From NCBI GenBank assembly GCA_964016885.1, contig OZ024765.1:6572001-6636000 (forward strand): a stretch of 64,000 nucleotides of DNA. The letters are read 5' to 3'. The DNA is from Eledone cirrhosa (taxonomy: Eukaryota). The position numbers were made by a program, and so were the translations under genes. Positions 37,218-50,424 of this stretch are shown here, piece by piece. How positions within the stretch are numbered: the stretch's first letter is position 1; each line of letters opens with the position of its first letter. Under the pieces are notes generated by a model, which was not told where the DNA came from, ran no database searches, and worked only from the letters and a program-made list of their open reading frames with translations.

Positions 37218-37427
37218 CATTTAAACCGACTGTATCCTGCCAGAATTCTCTCACCTCTTTCTGTTCAAACTGGCTGTAACTGGCCGCTCATACTGATGTT
37301 AAAGTATTGTTCTCAAAATAAATATCAAAATCTCATAGATTTGATATTATATACGATTATGATGAGAAATAAAGTGTTTACCGTGAAAATGCAATAGTAT
37401 ATATAGAGTAATGTAAATGGTAAAGGG
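37218..37427 (-). mobile_element. piggyBac-type MITE
   Basis: Same body; ends aaatggtaaagggTTAA(37428-37431). Confidence 0.8.
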
Positions 37428-37937
37428 TTAAAGATAATCACAATAGGTCAATAATTAACTGACAATCATCATCATCACCATATACAAAACAGAGAGAAGG
37501 AAAGAAGGAATGAAAGAAAAACTATCATCATCTGACAAGGTTGATAGTCCACTTGTGAAGGCTTGACTTAGTAAACTAATAAAATACAACTACTACTACT
37601 ACTAAGACAATAAAATACAACTACTACTACTACTAAGCCAATAAAATACAACTACTACTACTAAGCCAATAAAATAAAGTACCAGTAAGGTGGTCAATAT
37701 AATCCAACTTTCCCCTCTCCCAAAATTGTTGGCCTTGTGCCTAAATCAGAAACCTTTATTTGAATATCATTACCTGTACAGGTAATATTAATTAGGATGC
37801 TGAGTTCAAATCCCGCCGAGGTTGACTTTGCCTTTCATCCTTACGGGGTCGATAAAATAAAGTACTGGGAAATTGCTGGCCTTGTGCCTAAAGTAGAAAC
37901 AATTAATTAGAATGCTGTTGAAGTGTGTATACTTCCA

Positions 37938-38460
37938 TACTGCCATCGTGCCACCTCTGGGGCTGTGTCCCTATTAGTGCTTTGGAAACCACAAACAACC
38001 ACTAATAATGGGGCACAAGCTCTCCTATCCCGATTTGCTGGCCACTGCCATCGTGCCACCTCTGGGGCTGTGTCCCTATTAGTGCTTTGGAAACCACAAA
38101 CAACCACTAATAATGGGGTGCAAGCTCTCCTATCCCGATTTGCTGGCCACTGCCATCGTGCCACCTCTGAGGCTATGTCCCCATTAGTGCTTTGGAAACC
38201 ACAAACAGTCACTAATAACAAGGGGCGCAAGCTCTCCTATCCCAATTTGTTGGCCACTGCCATCGTGCCACCTCTGAAGCTATGTTCCCATTAGTGCTTT
38301 GGAAACCACAAACAGTCACTAATAACAAGGGGCGCAAGCTCTCCTATCCCAATTTGTTGGCCACTGCCATCGTGCCACCTCTGAAGCTATGTCCCCATTA
38401 GTGCTTTGGAAACCACAAACAGTCACTAATAACAAGGGGCGCAAGCTCTCCTGTCCCGAT
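37938..38460. repeat. 105-107-bp tandem repeat, 5 units
   Basis: ctgccatcgtgccacctctg at 37940, 38045, 38150, 38257 and 38364. Confidence 0.92.
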
Positions 38461-39204
38461 GTTATCTTCAGAGATTCTGGTATTGAAATCTAGGATTTGG
38501 CAACGGCAATGGACTTTAAGACACTTTGTTTCACGCTGCTCCAGTTTACTCAGCTGTAGAAATGAGATAAGACTGGGGTCCTCATCATTAAATTACCCAA
38601 GACACCTCCAACGAGATATACTTTGGAGGAGGCCAGCTAAACCTGCATAGGTGTGAGCTGTCACACACAATGAACGATAGACCCATGAGGAGATCAATTG
38701 TTGAGTCGATTTTGGCTGAGACCAATAGATGATGATGATAATTGTTTCTACTTTAGGCACAAGGCCAGCAATTATCCCAGTACATTACTGGTACTTTATT
38801 TTATCGACCCCGTAAGGATGAAAGGCAAAGCTAACCTCGGCGGGATTTGAACTCAGATTGTAAAGGGACGTAACTATGCTAGAAAGCATGGCATCCAACC
38901 CTCTACCAAGATAATTGTTTCTACTTTTTGGCACAAGGCCAGCAATTACTGGTACTTTATTTTATCGACCCTGTAAGGATGAAAGGCAAAGTTAACCTCG
39001 GCGGGATTTGAACTCAGATCATAAAGGGACATAACTATGCTAGAAAGCATGGCGTCTGATCCTCTACCGATACTGCCAATTCACACCCTTATCCAGTACA
39101 TAGTAACCACTTGCTGTGACTTGAACCCCTTCCTTATACAGTACATAGTAACCAACAGCAACATAACAGTATGTGACCTAAATATTAAGCGCTGAGTGAG
39201 GAGG

Positions 39205-39870
39205 GGGGTGCATGTGTATATGTATGCATGTGTATATTTGTGCATGTGTGTGTGCATGGGTATATGTATGCATGTGTGTGCATGTGTATATGTGTGCATG
39301 TGTGTGCATGGGTATATGTATGCATGTGTGTGCATGTGTATATGTGTGCATGTGTGTGCATGTGTGTTTTTGGATGTGTATATGTATGCATGTGAGTGTG
39401 TGCATGTGTTTGTGAGTGTGCATGTGTGTGTGTCGCTAAGGCTGTGTGTGTCGCTAAGGATGTGTGTGTGTGTCGCTAAGACTGTGTGTGTCGCTAAGGC
39501 TGTGTGTGTCGCTAAGGATGTGTGTTTCGCTAAGGCTGTGTGTTTCGCTAAGGCTGTGTGTGTCGCTAAGGATGTGTGTGTGTCGCTAAGGATGTGTGTG
39601 TCGCTAAGGCTGTGTGTGTCACTAAGGATGTGTGTGTCGCTAAGGATGTGTGTGTGTGCCACTAAGGATGTGCGTGTGCCACTAAGGATGAGTGTGTGTC
39701 GCTAAGAATGTGTGTGTGTGTGTGTGTGTGTGTGTGTCGTTAAGGATGTGTGTATCACTAAGAATGTGTATGTGTGCCACTAGATGTGTGTGTGTGTGTG
39801 TGCCACTAAGAGTGTGTGTGTGTGTGTGCCACTAGATGTGTGTGTGTGTGCCACTAGATGTGTGTGTGTA
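39205..39870. repeat. (TG)-rich microsatellite grading into ~18-bp gtgtgtcgctaaggat minisatellite
   Basis: Direct inspection. Confidence 0.9.
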
Positions 39871-40142
39871 CATTACGAAGAGTGTCAGGTGCAATTAAAA
39901 AATAAATACCAGCAAGTCACCCAGATTGATTACAAAATAACTTTATACCAGTGATTAGTCAGTATTTTAGTATAAAGAGGATTTTTAAATTGAAATTTCT
40001 ATAGTATATTTTACAGGTGTATCATAAAATGTAACTAAAATGAGGTTAGCTAGTGTCTCCTGTAGTAAGACATTGCCTCAAAATGTCCTGTCCAACCCAT
40101 ACCTGCATGGAAAAGTTGATGTCAAAATTGTGATCATATTTT

Positions 40143-41031
40143 GATATTTAATGTGATGTAGTCAGTGCTGTTTTGTACTAAATGTTTATAGTATCTTTAC
40201 TGGTGGACAGATTGTTGTGACAATTTACAGTATTACAGTAAAGACTTTAATATTTAATGTGATGTAGTCAGTGCTGTTTTGTACTAAATGTTTATAGTAT
40301 CTTTACTGGTGGACAGATTGTTGTGACAATTTACAGTATTACAGTAAAGACTTTAATATTTAATGTGATGCAGTCATCGTGTTGTTTTATACTAAATGTT
40401 TATAGTATCTTTACTGGTGGACAGATTGTTGTGAATATTTACAGTATTACAGTAAAGACTTTAATATTTAATGTGATATAGTCATAGTGTTGTTTTATAC
40501 TAAATGTTTATAGTATCTTTACTGGTGGACAGATTGTTGTGAATATTTACAGTATTACAGTAAAGACTTTAATATTTAATGTGATGCAGTCATAGTACTG
40601 TTTCGGACTTAAATATTTAACCTTTTAGCATTTACTTTACTGTATATTTACTATTATATTTCTATGGTAAAGTCTTTACCTCACATAATTATTACATATA
40701 TCGAATCTATGACATTTTGATATTATATATTTTGAGAATAATACCTTAACATCAGAATGAGTGGCCAGTTACAGCCACTTTGAACAGAAAGTGGTGAGTG
40801 AATTCTGGCCGGATATGACTGGTTTAAATGCTAAAGAGTTAAAGTATCTTTATTATTAGACAGATTGTGAAAATTTGCAGACTTTAATATTTAATGTAAT
40901 GTAGTCATAGTGTTGTTTTGTACTAAATGTTTATAGTATCTTTACTGGTGGACAGATTGTTGTGAAAATTTACAGTATTACAGTAAAGACTTTAATATTT
41001 AATGTGATGTAGTCATAGTGTTGTTTTGTAC
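40143..41031. repeat. ~106-108-bp tandem repeat interrupted by a MITE
   Basis: atatttaatgtgatgtagtca...ctttactggtggacagattgttgtg repeated about 6-7 times. Confidence 0.9.
40621..40838 (+). mobile_element. Complete piggyBac-type MITE with TTAA duplication
   Basis: Interrupts a satellite unit at aaatatTTAA|...|TTAAagtatcttt. Neighbouring units supply the empty-site sequence. Confidence 0.9.
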
Positions 41032-41504
41032 CCTGAAGGGGTTTAGTCTTGTATTCTTTTACTGGTTTCAGTCATTGACTGCGGCCATGCTGGGGCACTG
41101 CTTTGGAGGGATTTAGTCTTGTATTCTTTTACTGGTTTCAGTTATTAGACTGACCATGCTGGGGCTCTGCCTTGGAGAGGTTTAGTCTTGTATTCTTTTA
41201 CTGGCTTCAATCATTAGACTGTGGCCATGCTGGGGCACTCACTGCCTTGAAGGAATTTAGTCAATATTGAAACTAGTAGGTGTCTTTTATTTATTCATTT
41301 TTACATTAGAAGCCCATCCAGCACAAGAACCCCACCCCAGCACAAGAACCCCACCCCAGCACCAAAGTGTTACAGAGTCAATCCAGCCAGAGTAGAGAAT
41401 AGAAAATGTCACAAAAGAGGATGAGGAGGACAACGGACCAGTTATTTCAACCAATAATATCGCTTTACATGGGAGTATAGATGATGAAGGGGGTGATGAG
41501 GGCA

Positions 41505-42160
41505 GAGAGCTGGTGGTGGTGGTGGTGGTGGTGGCAGAGAGCTGGTGGTGGTGGTGGTGGTGGTGGTGGTGGTGGTAGTGGCAGAGAGGTGGTGGTGGTG
41601 GAGGTGGTGGTGGTGGCAGAGAGCTGGTGGTGGTGGTGGTGGAGGTATTGGCAGAGAGGTGGTGGTGGTGGCAGAGAGGTGGTGGTGGTGGTGGAGGTAG
41701 TGGCAGAGAGGTGGTGGTGGTGGTGGAGGTAGTGGCAGAGAGGTGGTGGTGGTGGAGGTAGTGGCAGAGAGGTGGTGGTGGTGGAGGTCGTGGCAGAGAG
41801 GTGGTGGTGGTGGAGGTCGTGGCAGAGAGCTGGTGGTGGTGGTGGTGGAGGTAGTGGCAGAGAGGTGGTGGTGGTGGTGGTGGTGGAGGTAGGGGCAGAG
41901 AGGTGGTGGTGGTGGAGGTAGTGGCAGAGAGCTGGTGGTGGTGGTGGTGGTGGTGGTGTGGTGGTGGTAGTGGCAGAGAGAGAGGGGGGGGGGGGGGGGG
42001 GCAGAGAGCTGGTGGTGGAGATAGTGGCAGAGAGGTGGTAGTGGTGGTGGCGGCAGAGAGGTGGTGGTGGTGGTATTGAGGGGGCTGGAGGAAGATGATG
42101 TAGGGGTGAGGGGGGACAGAGTGGTGGTGTTGGTGGTGGTGGTGGTGGTGGTGGTGGTAC
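41505..42160. repeat. (GGT)n-ggcagaga G-rich minisatellite
   Basis: Direct inspection. Confidence 0.9.
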
Positions 42161-43200
42161 TGATGGGATTGGGGAAGATGATGTAGGAAACGGAGAGGGG
42201 GGGAAGGGGAGAAGAGAGGCTGAAGGGGTGGGGGTTGCAGCATGGCTAATGAGGAGATGGGAGGGAGCCAAATATGAGGGTGGGGTGGCACGGATGGGCG
42301 GTGCGGCGGCGGGGGGGGGGGGGGGGGGGCTAAGGACTGGTGTACAGGGTATGTGGGGAATAACAAAAGGGCTGTAGTGTAGATATGGATTACTGGAGAG
42401 GGAGGGGAGAGATAGTACAGATCATGTAGGGGGGAGGGTTTGGGGTACTTTGGGGTTTGAGAAAGCTGGTGGTGAAGGGGGCTGGGTGGTAGGTGTAGGA
42501 TTAGGGGTGGAGGGTTTGGGGTATTCTGGAGTTTGAGAAAGCTGGTGAAGAGGGTTGGGTGTAGGATCGGGAGGGGGGGTGGAATAGTGAAGGGTGCTGG
42601 AGGATGTGGGATCAGGAGGGAGGGGAGTCTGCGAGGGGCTGGGTTAGGAGAGGGTTTGGGGTATTCTGGGGTTTGAGAAAAATAGTGGTGAAGGGGCTGG
42701 GAGGGATGTGGGGGTGAGGGGTATCTACGAGGGGCTGGGTTGGGAGAGGAGCAGAAGGTTTGGGGGTACTCTGGAGTTTGAGGAAGCTAGTAATGGAGGG
42801 GGCTGGGTGGGGGTGCATGTAGGGTGCAGAGCGGCTGTGGAGGAGACGGAGGAGGGTGATGAAGGCCTAGGGATGGGGTGGGGGTTTGAGAAAGATGATA
42901 AGAAGGTTGAAGGGTGTAAGGTGGAGGAGGAGAAAGATAAAATGGTGTACCATGGGGAGGGGGGGGTAGTGCAGGAGGGAGGAAGGACCGGAGGTGGGGC
43001 GGTGGCAGGGAGAAAATTGGGTGCTGCTGATAGAAAGATGATGAAGGAAGTGTTGTGGTGGTGGTGGTGGGGTCTTGTTAAGTTGGGCAATGGGGGAAGG
43101 GGACCCCTAATTGTTCTGGAAGAATGTCAGCATTCAAAGGACATGTAACCTTTAAAAACAAAAGAATTCAAATAATTATAATAAAAATATTTTAAAAATA

Positions 43201-43258
<58 letters not shown>

Positions 43259-43448
43259 CCATATATATATATATATATATACATGTATATACATATATGT
43301 ACACCCATAGATATATATATACATATATGTACACCCATAGATATATATACATATATATATACATATATGTACACCCATATATATACATATATGTACACCC
43401 ATATATATACATATATGTACACCCATATATATACATATATGTACACCC

Positions 43449-43494
<46 letters not shown>

Positions 43495-43513
43495 CGAAGG
43501 AGGTGTGGTAAGG

Positions 43514-43678
43514 GATACCCCTCATCCCCACATCCCTCCCAGCCCCTTCACCACTATTTTTCTCAAACCCCAGAATACCCCAAACCTTCTCCTAACCCAG
43601 CCCCTCGCAGACTCCCCTCCCTCCTGATCCCACATCCTCCAGCACCCTTCATTATTCCACCCCCCCCCTCTCCCGATC
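43514..43678 (-). repeat. Inverted duplicate of 42565-42725
   Basis: Near-identical reverse complement. Confidence 0.9.
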
Positions 43679-44169
43679 ACAACTCGTGTGTTACACCTCT
43701 ATTCTTTTAAATATATATATATATATATGTGGTAAGGAACCAGGTGGACCATAACGCACCAGAGTACTCAATACCTAGGGTAGTAGAGTGCGTCCAGAAA
43801 TAGCCATCAAAACGGTTTGAGCTCTGCCGTTGAGGTCTAACATTTTCCTATTTCATTTCATTTTTCATTTCATTTTACGTCCACTTTTTCCCTGCTTGCA
43901 AGGGTGGGACGGGAACTGATTCTGGCTTGATTTCTACAGCTGGATGCCCTTCCTAACACCAACCTCATTTACAGTGAGTGCTGGGTGCTTTTTTGCCGTG
44001 GCACCTTCACGACCACTTTGCAGTGGAATGATAGGGACCCCAGTCCTATCATCTCATTTCTACAGCTGAGTAAACTGGAGCAATGTTAAATAAAGTGCCT
44101 TGCTCAAGGAAACAACACATCACCTGGTCTGAGAATTGAACTCACAACCTTTCGATTGCAAGCCCAATG

Positions 44170-44222
<53 letters not shown>

Positions 44223-44228
44223 TAAAAG

Positions 44229-44575
44229 GAAAAGAAAATGCTGACAAATTTTTCCTAGTGAAAAATAGTTTAATTAGGAATAAGTAAAAATTAGTAATAA
44301 GTATTGGTTAGTATTCAGTTTTAGTTTTTACCGGTTGAGCATTTCTAATGCTTTTCAAAAATAATTTTGAGATAGAACGCCCGTGATGTTTGCTCTAATC
44401 CGATTAGAGCAAACATCACGGGCGCTCTATCTCAAAATTATTTTTGTAAAGCATTAGAAATGCGCAACCGGTAAAAACTAAAACTGAATACTAACCAATA
44501 CTTATTACTAATTTTTACTTATTCCTAATTAAACTATTTTTCACTGGGAAAAATTTGTCAGCATTTTCTTTTTCC
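44229..44575. repeat. 347-bp near-perfect palindrome (1-nt spacer at 44401)
   Basis: ...tttgctctaatc C gattagagcaaa... Arms ~173 bp with about 4 substitutions. Confidence 0.95.
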
Positions 44576-45237
44576 AGTGAAAATTTATCACAACTCGTGT
44601 GTTACACCTCTATTCTTTTAAATATATTCTATGTAAAGTTATGTTGGTGCCACACCATCCAGGCCGAAACAAATGAGATCGTGTAGGTGTCACGACAAAA
44701 AAACACACAGTCCACGCTGTAATGTGGCCGTGTAGGCAACACGGTAAAAACCTCCCAGACCCACACTGTAAATGTGGTTGGTGTTAGGAAGGGCATCCAA
44801 CTGTAGAAAACCCGCCAGACAGTCCTATGCGAGCAAGACAATCACTCTTGCCTCAAGTGGGAAAACCTCCGTCCAAACCCATGCAAGCGTGGAACACGGA
44901 CGTTAAACGTTGATGATGATGATGATGATGATATATATGACGAAGGTCCGTGACAAGTGGAGAGATGCTGTGCTGAATAGGACCCGTTCCACCCTTGCAA
45001 GCAGGGAAAAGCGGACGTATGATGATGATGATGATATTTATATATGGGTGTACATATATGTGTATATATATATACGAAAATAGTCAGGACCCCGACGGCT
45101 GAGCTCAACTGTCGTGGTTCTGACTCTTTTCCTAATACCCACTCTACTCCCCTAAGTATTGAGTACTCTGGTGTGTTTTGCCTCCACCTGGTATCTTACC
45201 ACACCCTCTTTGTTATATATATAAGTGACTGTTTTAA

Positions 45238-45723
45238 CCCTTTAGCATTCACATTACTCTATATATACTATTGTATTTTCACAGTAAAGGCTTTATCTCA
45301 CATAATATCTCACATAGCATTTACATTACTCTATATATACTATTGTATTTTCACAGTAAAGGCTTTACCTCACATAATATCTCACATAACATTTACATTG
45401 CTCTATATATACTATTGTATTTTCACAGTAAAGGCTTTACCTCACATAATATCTCACATAACATTTACATTGCTCTATATATACTATTGTATTTTCACAG
45501 TAAAGGCTTTACCTCACATAATATCTCACATAACATTTACATTACTCTATATATACTATTGTATTTTCACAGTAAAGGCTTTACCTCACATAATATCGAA
45601 TCTATGAGATTTTGAAAGTATTTATTTTCAGAACAATACCTTAACATCAGTTTGAGTGACCAGTTACAGCCAGTTTCAACAGAAATAGGTAGAGATATCT
45701 GGCTGGTTTTGAACATTAAAGGG
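45238..45723 (+). mobile_element. Complete piggyBac-type MITE with 5 x 72-bp units
   Basis: TTAA(45234-37)CCCTTTAGCATT ... AAAGGG TTAA(45724-27). Confidence 0.88.
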
Positions 45724-45897
45724 TTAAATGCCATTGTACTCAAAAACATTCAACCAACAACTGAATAAGCACTCAATACTTGTGAAGAGAGTGAAAAAAA
45801 TATATTTGTTGAAGTGAAAAATAGCAGGGACTTGGATTTTTCAGCTTATATTTTTGCTTTATCATCATCATCATCATCATCATTGTGTATGCTAAGA

Positions 45898-46365
45898 CAG
45901 TGCTACCCAAAGTGGTGATCCGCGCACCAGTGTCGGTATGCAGCCAGTGTCCAGGCCATGCTAAGGAATCATTTGAGGAATTGGTTATCAAGATAAATTA
46001 CAGGAATAATATGGATATTCATTCTCCATTGCACATGGCACTGTCCTCAATTGAACCCCGACTGGATAAACTGACAAAGAAGAAGCAAGCTTACCTTTCA
46101 CACTAGTAAAGATTAAGGTTACGGGGTCGATAAAATAAAGTACCAGTAATGATCTGGGTAATTGCTGGCCTTGTGCCTAACGTAGAAACAATTATTTGTT
46201 TACAAAATAAATAGAAGATAAAAAAAATGGTCAACTTTTATTATATTCATTATATATATCGTTTTCGGTATAAATTAATATTACTACGAAATATTAGCGG
46301 TACGTGGCACATTAAAAAAAAAAAAAAATGCCAGTGGGTCACATCAGATAGTTTGAGAAGCACTG
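45898..46365 (+). mobile_element. Internally deleted hAT (Charlie/Buster-type) transposon retaining transposase C-terminus
   Basis: Perfect 8-bp TSD tgctaaga. TIRs cagtgctacccaaa / tttgagaagcactg. Encodes IKINYRNNMDIHSPLHMALSSIEPRLDKLTKKKQAYLSH*. Confidence 0.88.
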
Positions 46366-46560
46366 TGCTAAGAAAGCTAAAAATATCAAACCTCTCGACT
46401 GTGTCAAAAACAACATTCTCTACGGCCACCTCCCAACCATTAGCCATACCATCCGTATCAGGTATCTTCAACTTGTTGGTCATGTCACGAGAAGCAATGA
46501 ACCTGTTACACAATGTTTACTACGAAACACAAACACGGAAGACAGCTCAATACATTAACC
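46366..46560 (+). pseudogene. Old RTE ORF C-terminal remnant (host of the hAT insertion)
   Basis: One frame gives AKNIKPLDCVKNNILYGHLPTISHTIRIRYLQLVGHVTRSNEP. Confidence 0.6.
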
Positions 46561-47205
46561 CTACCATTTCCATTACTCTAGATTTACTATTCTATCTTTG
46601 TGGGAAAAGCTTTATCTATCTATATATTACTAAAAGCCTGTTATTGTGTGCTTGTCTGTAATTTAATTGTTTTTACTTTTGGCACAAGGCCAGCAATTAT
46701 ACCAGTGCATTACTGGTGCTTTATTTTATCGACCTTGTTTGGCAGGTTTTCTACGACTGGATGCTCTTCCTTTTACCCAGCACTGGACAGAGTGTACTGG
46801 GTGTGTTTGTCGTGTAGATCACCAACACTAGAGAGGCTGTCATGTCTTTGACACAACTGAAGAGACTTTCCGCCCACCCTTTGTTTGGCAGGTTTTCTAC
46901 GACAGGATGCCCTTCCTATTACCTACCACTTTACAGAGTGTACTGGGTGTGTTTATCATATAGATCACCAACCAACACAAGGAGTGTTGTAATGTCTCTG
47001 ACACAACTGAAAAGTCCTTCCAAGCCATTGGTTGAGATGTTCTCCATAGCTGGATGCTCTTTCAGAAATTAGAAATTATTCTTATACATAAACCTCCCCC
47101 CTTCCTATGTATATATATATATATGGTATGGTCCCGTTACTCCTAACAGAATCGTAGGGGCACCATATTGACATACAGTGTTTCTTGGACATCTTAAGCA
47201 TGGCA

Positions 47206-47308
47206 GAAACTATATTTATAAAATCATATTTATTTTATTATACATATTTCAAGGGCCACCCTTGAAATATGTATAATAAAATAAATATGGTTTTATAAAT
47301 ATAGTTTC
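47206..47308. repeat. 103-bp palindrome, 3-nt loop
   Basis: ...tacatatttcaaggg cca cccttgaaatatgta... Confidence 0.92.
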
Positions 47309-47321
47309 CATTTGTTAATAT

Positions 47322-47371
<50 letters not shown>

Positions 47372-47421
47372 ATATATATATATATATACATATTTATATA
47401 TATTTTAATATATTTAATTTT

Positions 47422-48045
47422 GAGAAGCCAGAGGGGATCACTAATGTAAGCGGGAAGCCGCTAGAATTGGTTGAGAACTTCCTGTATTTGGGAGCAAAGA
47501 TTGGGAATACGGAAGATGATGTGGTTGAGAGGAAGAGCAAGGCCTGGGCGGTGTGCCACAGCTTGAGATCGGTGTGGAAGTCAGATCTTCGTAAAGACCT
47601 GAAAATCTGCCTCTTCATTGCTGTAGTGGAGTCTGTGCTGCTGTACGGGTCTGAGATTTGGACACTGACCAAGAAACTCACTCAGATGGTGGATGGGTGC
47701 TACACGAGAATGCTGAGGATGGCTCTGAACATTAATCAGTATACACTGAGGATGAAAAACTCAGAGCTGTACGGGAGCCTCCCAAAAGTCAGCTCAAAAG
47801 TGACACAGAGGAGACTGAGGTTAGCTGGACATGCTCACCAACATCCAGAGTTGACATTGCACTCAGTGCTCCTTTGGGAGCCCCTACATGGACACACTGG
47901 AAGAGGGAGACCAAGGTTAAGATATGTTGATGCCCTAAAGACAGATACTGGTCTGTTGGAGACACAGGACATGGCAGCGATAATGAGGGACAGAGACCAC
48001 TGGAGAGAACTCGTCCATGGATCTCGGGAATTTTACCCGCCCTAG
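47422..48045 (+). pseudogene. 5'-truncated RTE-clade LINE (thumb/C-terminal region, stop-free)
   Basis: VENFLYLG, VESVLLYGSEIWTL, DGCYTRMLR, RRLRLAGH, GRGRP, DRDHWR. The N-terminal part of the listed ORF is (TA)n noise. Confidence 0.88.
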
Positions 48046-48779
48046 AAAATATATACAATGATATTAAATAAATGGAAACTATATTTATAAATATTTCCAA
48101 CAAATTAAATACCCCTTCTACTTATATATATATCATTTCATCATCATTTCATTTTACGTCCGCTTTTTCCCTGCTTGCAAGGGTGGGACGGGAACTGATT
48201 CTGGCTTGATTTCTACAGCTGGATGCCCTTCCTAACACCAACCTCATTTACAGTGAGTGCTGTATATATGGAGAGATAGAGTGAGAGAGAGAGGAAATGA
48301 GAAAGATATATAGAGGAAGAATCAACCCTAGTACTAGACTGGTACTTTTTTTATCGACCTCGAAAGGATGAAAGGCAAAGTTGACCTCGGTGGGATTTGA
48401 ACTCGGAGCGCTGTCAGTCAAAATAAATACTACAAGGCATTCTATCCGAAGTCCTAACGACTCTGCTAATTCTACTTTTTCAAAAATAAAGAATAAAACA
48501 ATTTTTTTAAATAGCAGCATAGTAAGGCATTTCTTCTTTTATGGAACCATACTAACATTTATCTGTTGTAAAAATGGTAGAAATGTTCTTGCCACCCTCC
48601 TCTTCCTCTCATTCCTCCACTGGCCTCTACACCATCCCCACCCTCATGTTAGTAACTAACTTCCTCCCCCACCAACACATATATCATCATTAGCATCTGG
48701 CAAAGTGCTTCTCTCCCCTCCCGCCCGTCCCCCCCCTTCTCTCTATTACTATCTCCACCCAATCCAAGTTGTTATATGT

Positions 48780-49189
48780 ACATGTGCGCCCTCTATCTGT
48801 GAGCGCGCCGCACACGGATGTAAGCCTATCTATGTGTCTGTGTGTGAAGCCATGTGCTATAAGTGCATATATATATAATGTGTGTATGTATATCTATGTG
48901 TATGTATATCTGTGTGTATGTATATCTATGTGTATGAATCTGTGTGCTATTTGTGCATTGAAATGTATGGGTATTTGTACATGTATGTTGTGAGTGCATC
49001 GTTGTAAGTCTCTCTCTATCTCTCTCTCTCTTTATATAAAAATGTGTACACATGTCTGTGTATTTGTATGAAACCATGTGCTATGTGTGTGTATATACAC
49101 ACACACACACACACATATATGGCTGTGTATGGCTGCGTATGTGTGTGTATGTGTGTGCATGTGCATGTATAGGTGTGTATGTATGTATG

Positions 49190-49225
<36 letters not shown>

Positions 49226-49361
49226 AATGTACATGTGTATATATATATATGTGTGTGTGTGTATGTATGGATGTATGTGTATATACACATATATGGCTGT
49301 GTATGGCTGTGTATGTGTGTATGTGTGTGCATGTGCATGTATAGGTGTGTGTGTATGTATG

Positions 49362-49397
<36 letters not shown>

Positions 49398-49523
49398 AAT
49401 GTACATGTGTATATATATATGTGTGTGTATGTATGGATGTATGTGTATATACACATATATGGCTGTGTATGGCTGTGTATGTGTGTATGTGTGTGCATGT
49501 GCATGTATAGGTGTGTGTGTATG

Positions 49524-49577
<54 letters not shown>

Positions 49578-49709
49578 AATGTACATGTGTATATATATAT
49601 ATGTGTGTGTGTGTATGTATGGATGTATGTGTATATACACACATATATGGCTGTGTATGGCTGTGTATGTGTGTATGTGTGTGCATGTATAGGTGTGTGT
49701 GTATGTATG

Positions 49710-49741
<32 letters not shown>

Positions 49742-50124
49742 AATGTACATGTGTATATATATATGTGTGTGTGTGTATGTATGGATGTATGTGTATATAT
49801 ATATGTATGGCTATGTGTGTGTATGTATTATATATATATTGGTGTGTGTGTATGTATGGATGTATGTGTATATATATATGTGTGTGTGTATGTGAATGTA
49901 TGTGTATATATATATAGGTGTGTGTGTATGTATGGATGTATGTGTATATATATATGTGTGTGTGTATGTGAATGTATATGTGTATACATATATATAGGTG
50001 TATGTATGTATGGATGTATGTGTATATATATATGTGTGTGTGTGTATGTGAATGTATATGTATATATATATATATATATGGATGTATATGGATGTATGTG
50101 TATATATATGTGTGTGTATGTCAA

Positions 50125-50182
<58 letters not shown>

Positions 50183-50315
50183 TGTGGTGTGTGTGTGTTC
50201 ACCTATTAATGAAAGGAAGGAATAGTAAAATAGACACAAATATACAAAATATACACACATACACAGATCCATATATACACATATATATACATACACTATA
50301 TATATATACATACAC

Positions 50316-50350
<35 letters not shown>

Positions 50351-50380
50351 ATATATGTATATGTGTATATGTGTGTGTAA
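48780..50380. repeat. TG/TA compound satellite with ~170-bp higher-order repeat
   Basis: atatggctgtgtatggctg recurs about every 175 bp. Confidence 0.88.
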
Positions 50381-50424
50381 CCACACCCAACAGTATTCCT
50401 GTTATAAAAAGGTTTGTTCTGTAC

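Noticed and set aside
41287-43148. Pro/His-rich ORFs resembling extensin or formin regions
   Set aside because: Translations of a G-rich minisatellite and low-complexity DNA. Several frames are open and there is no conserved domain, although a real exon cannot be fully excluded without RNA data.
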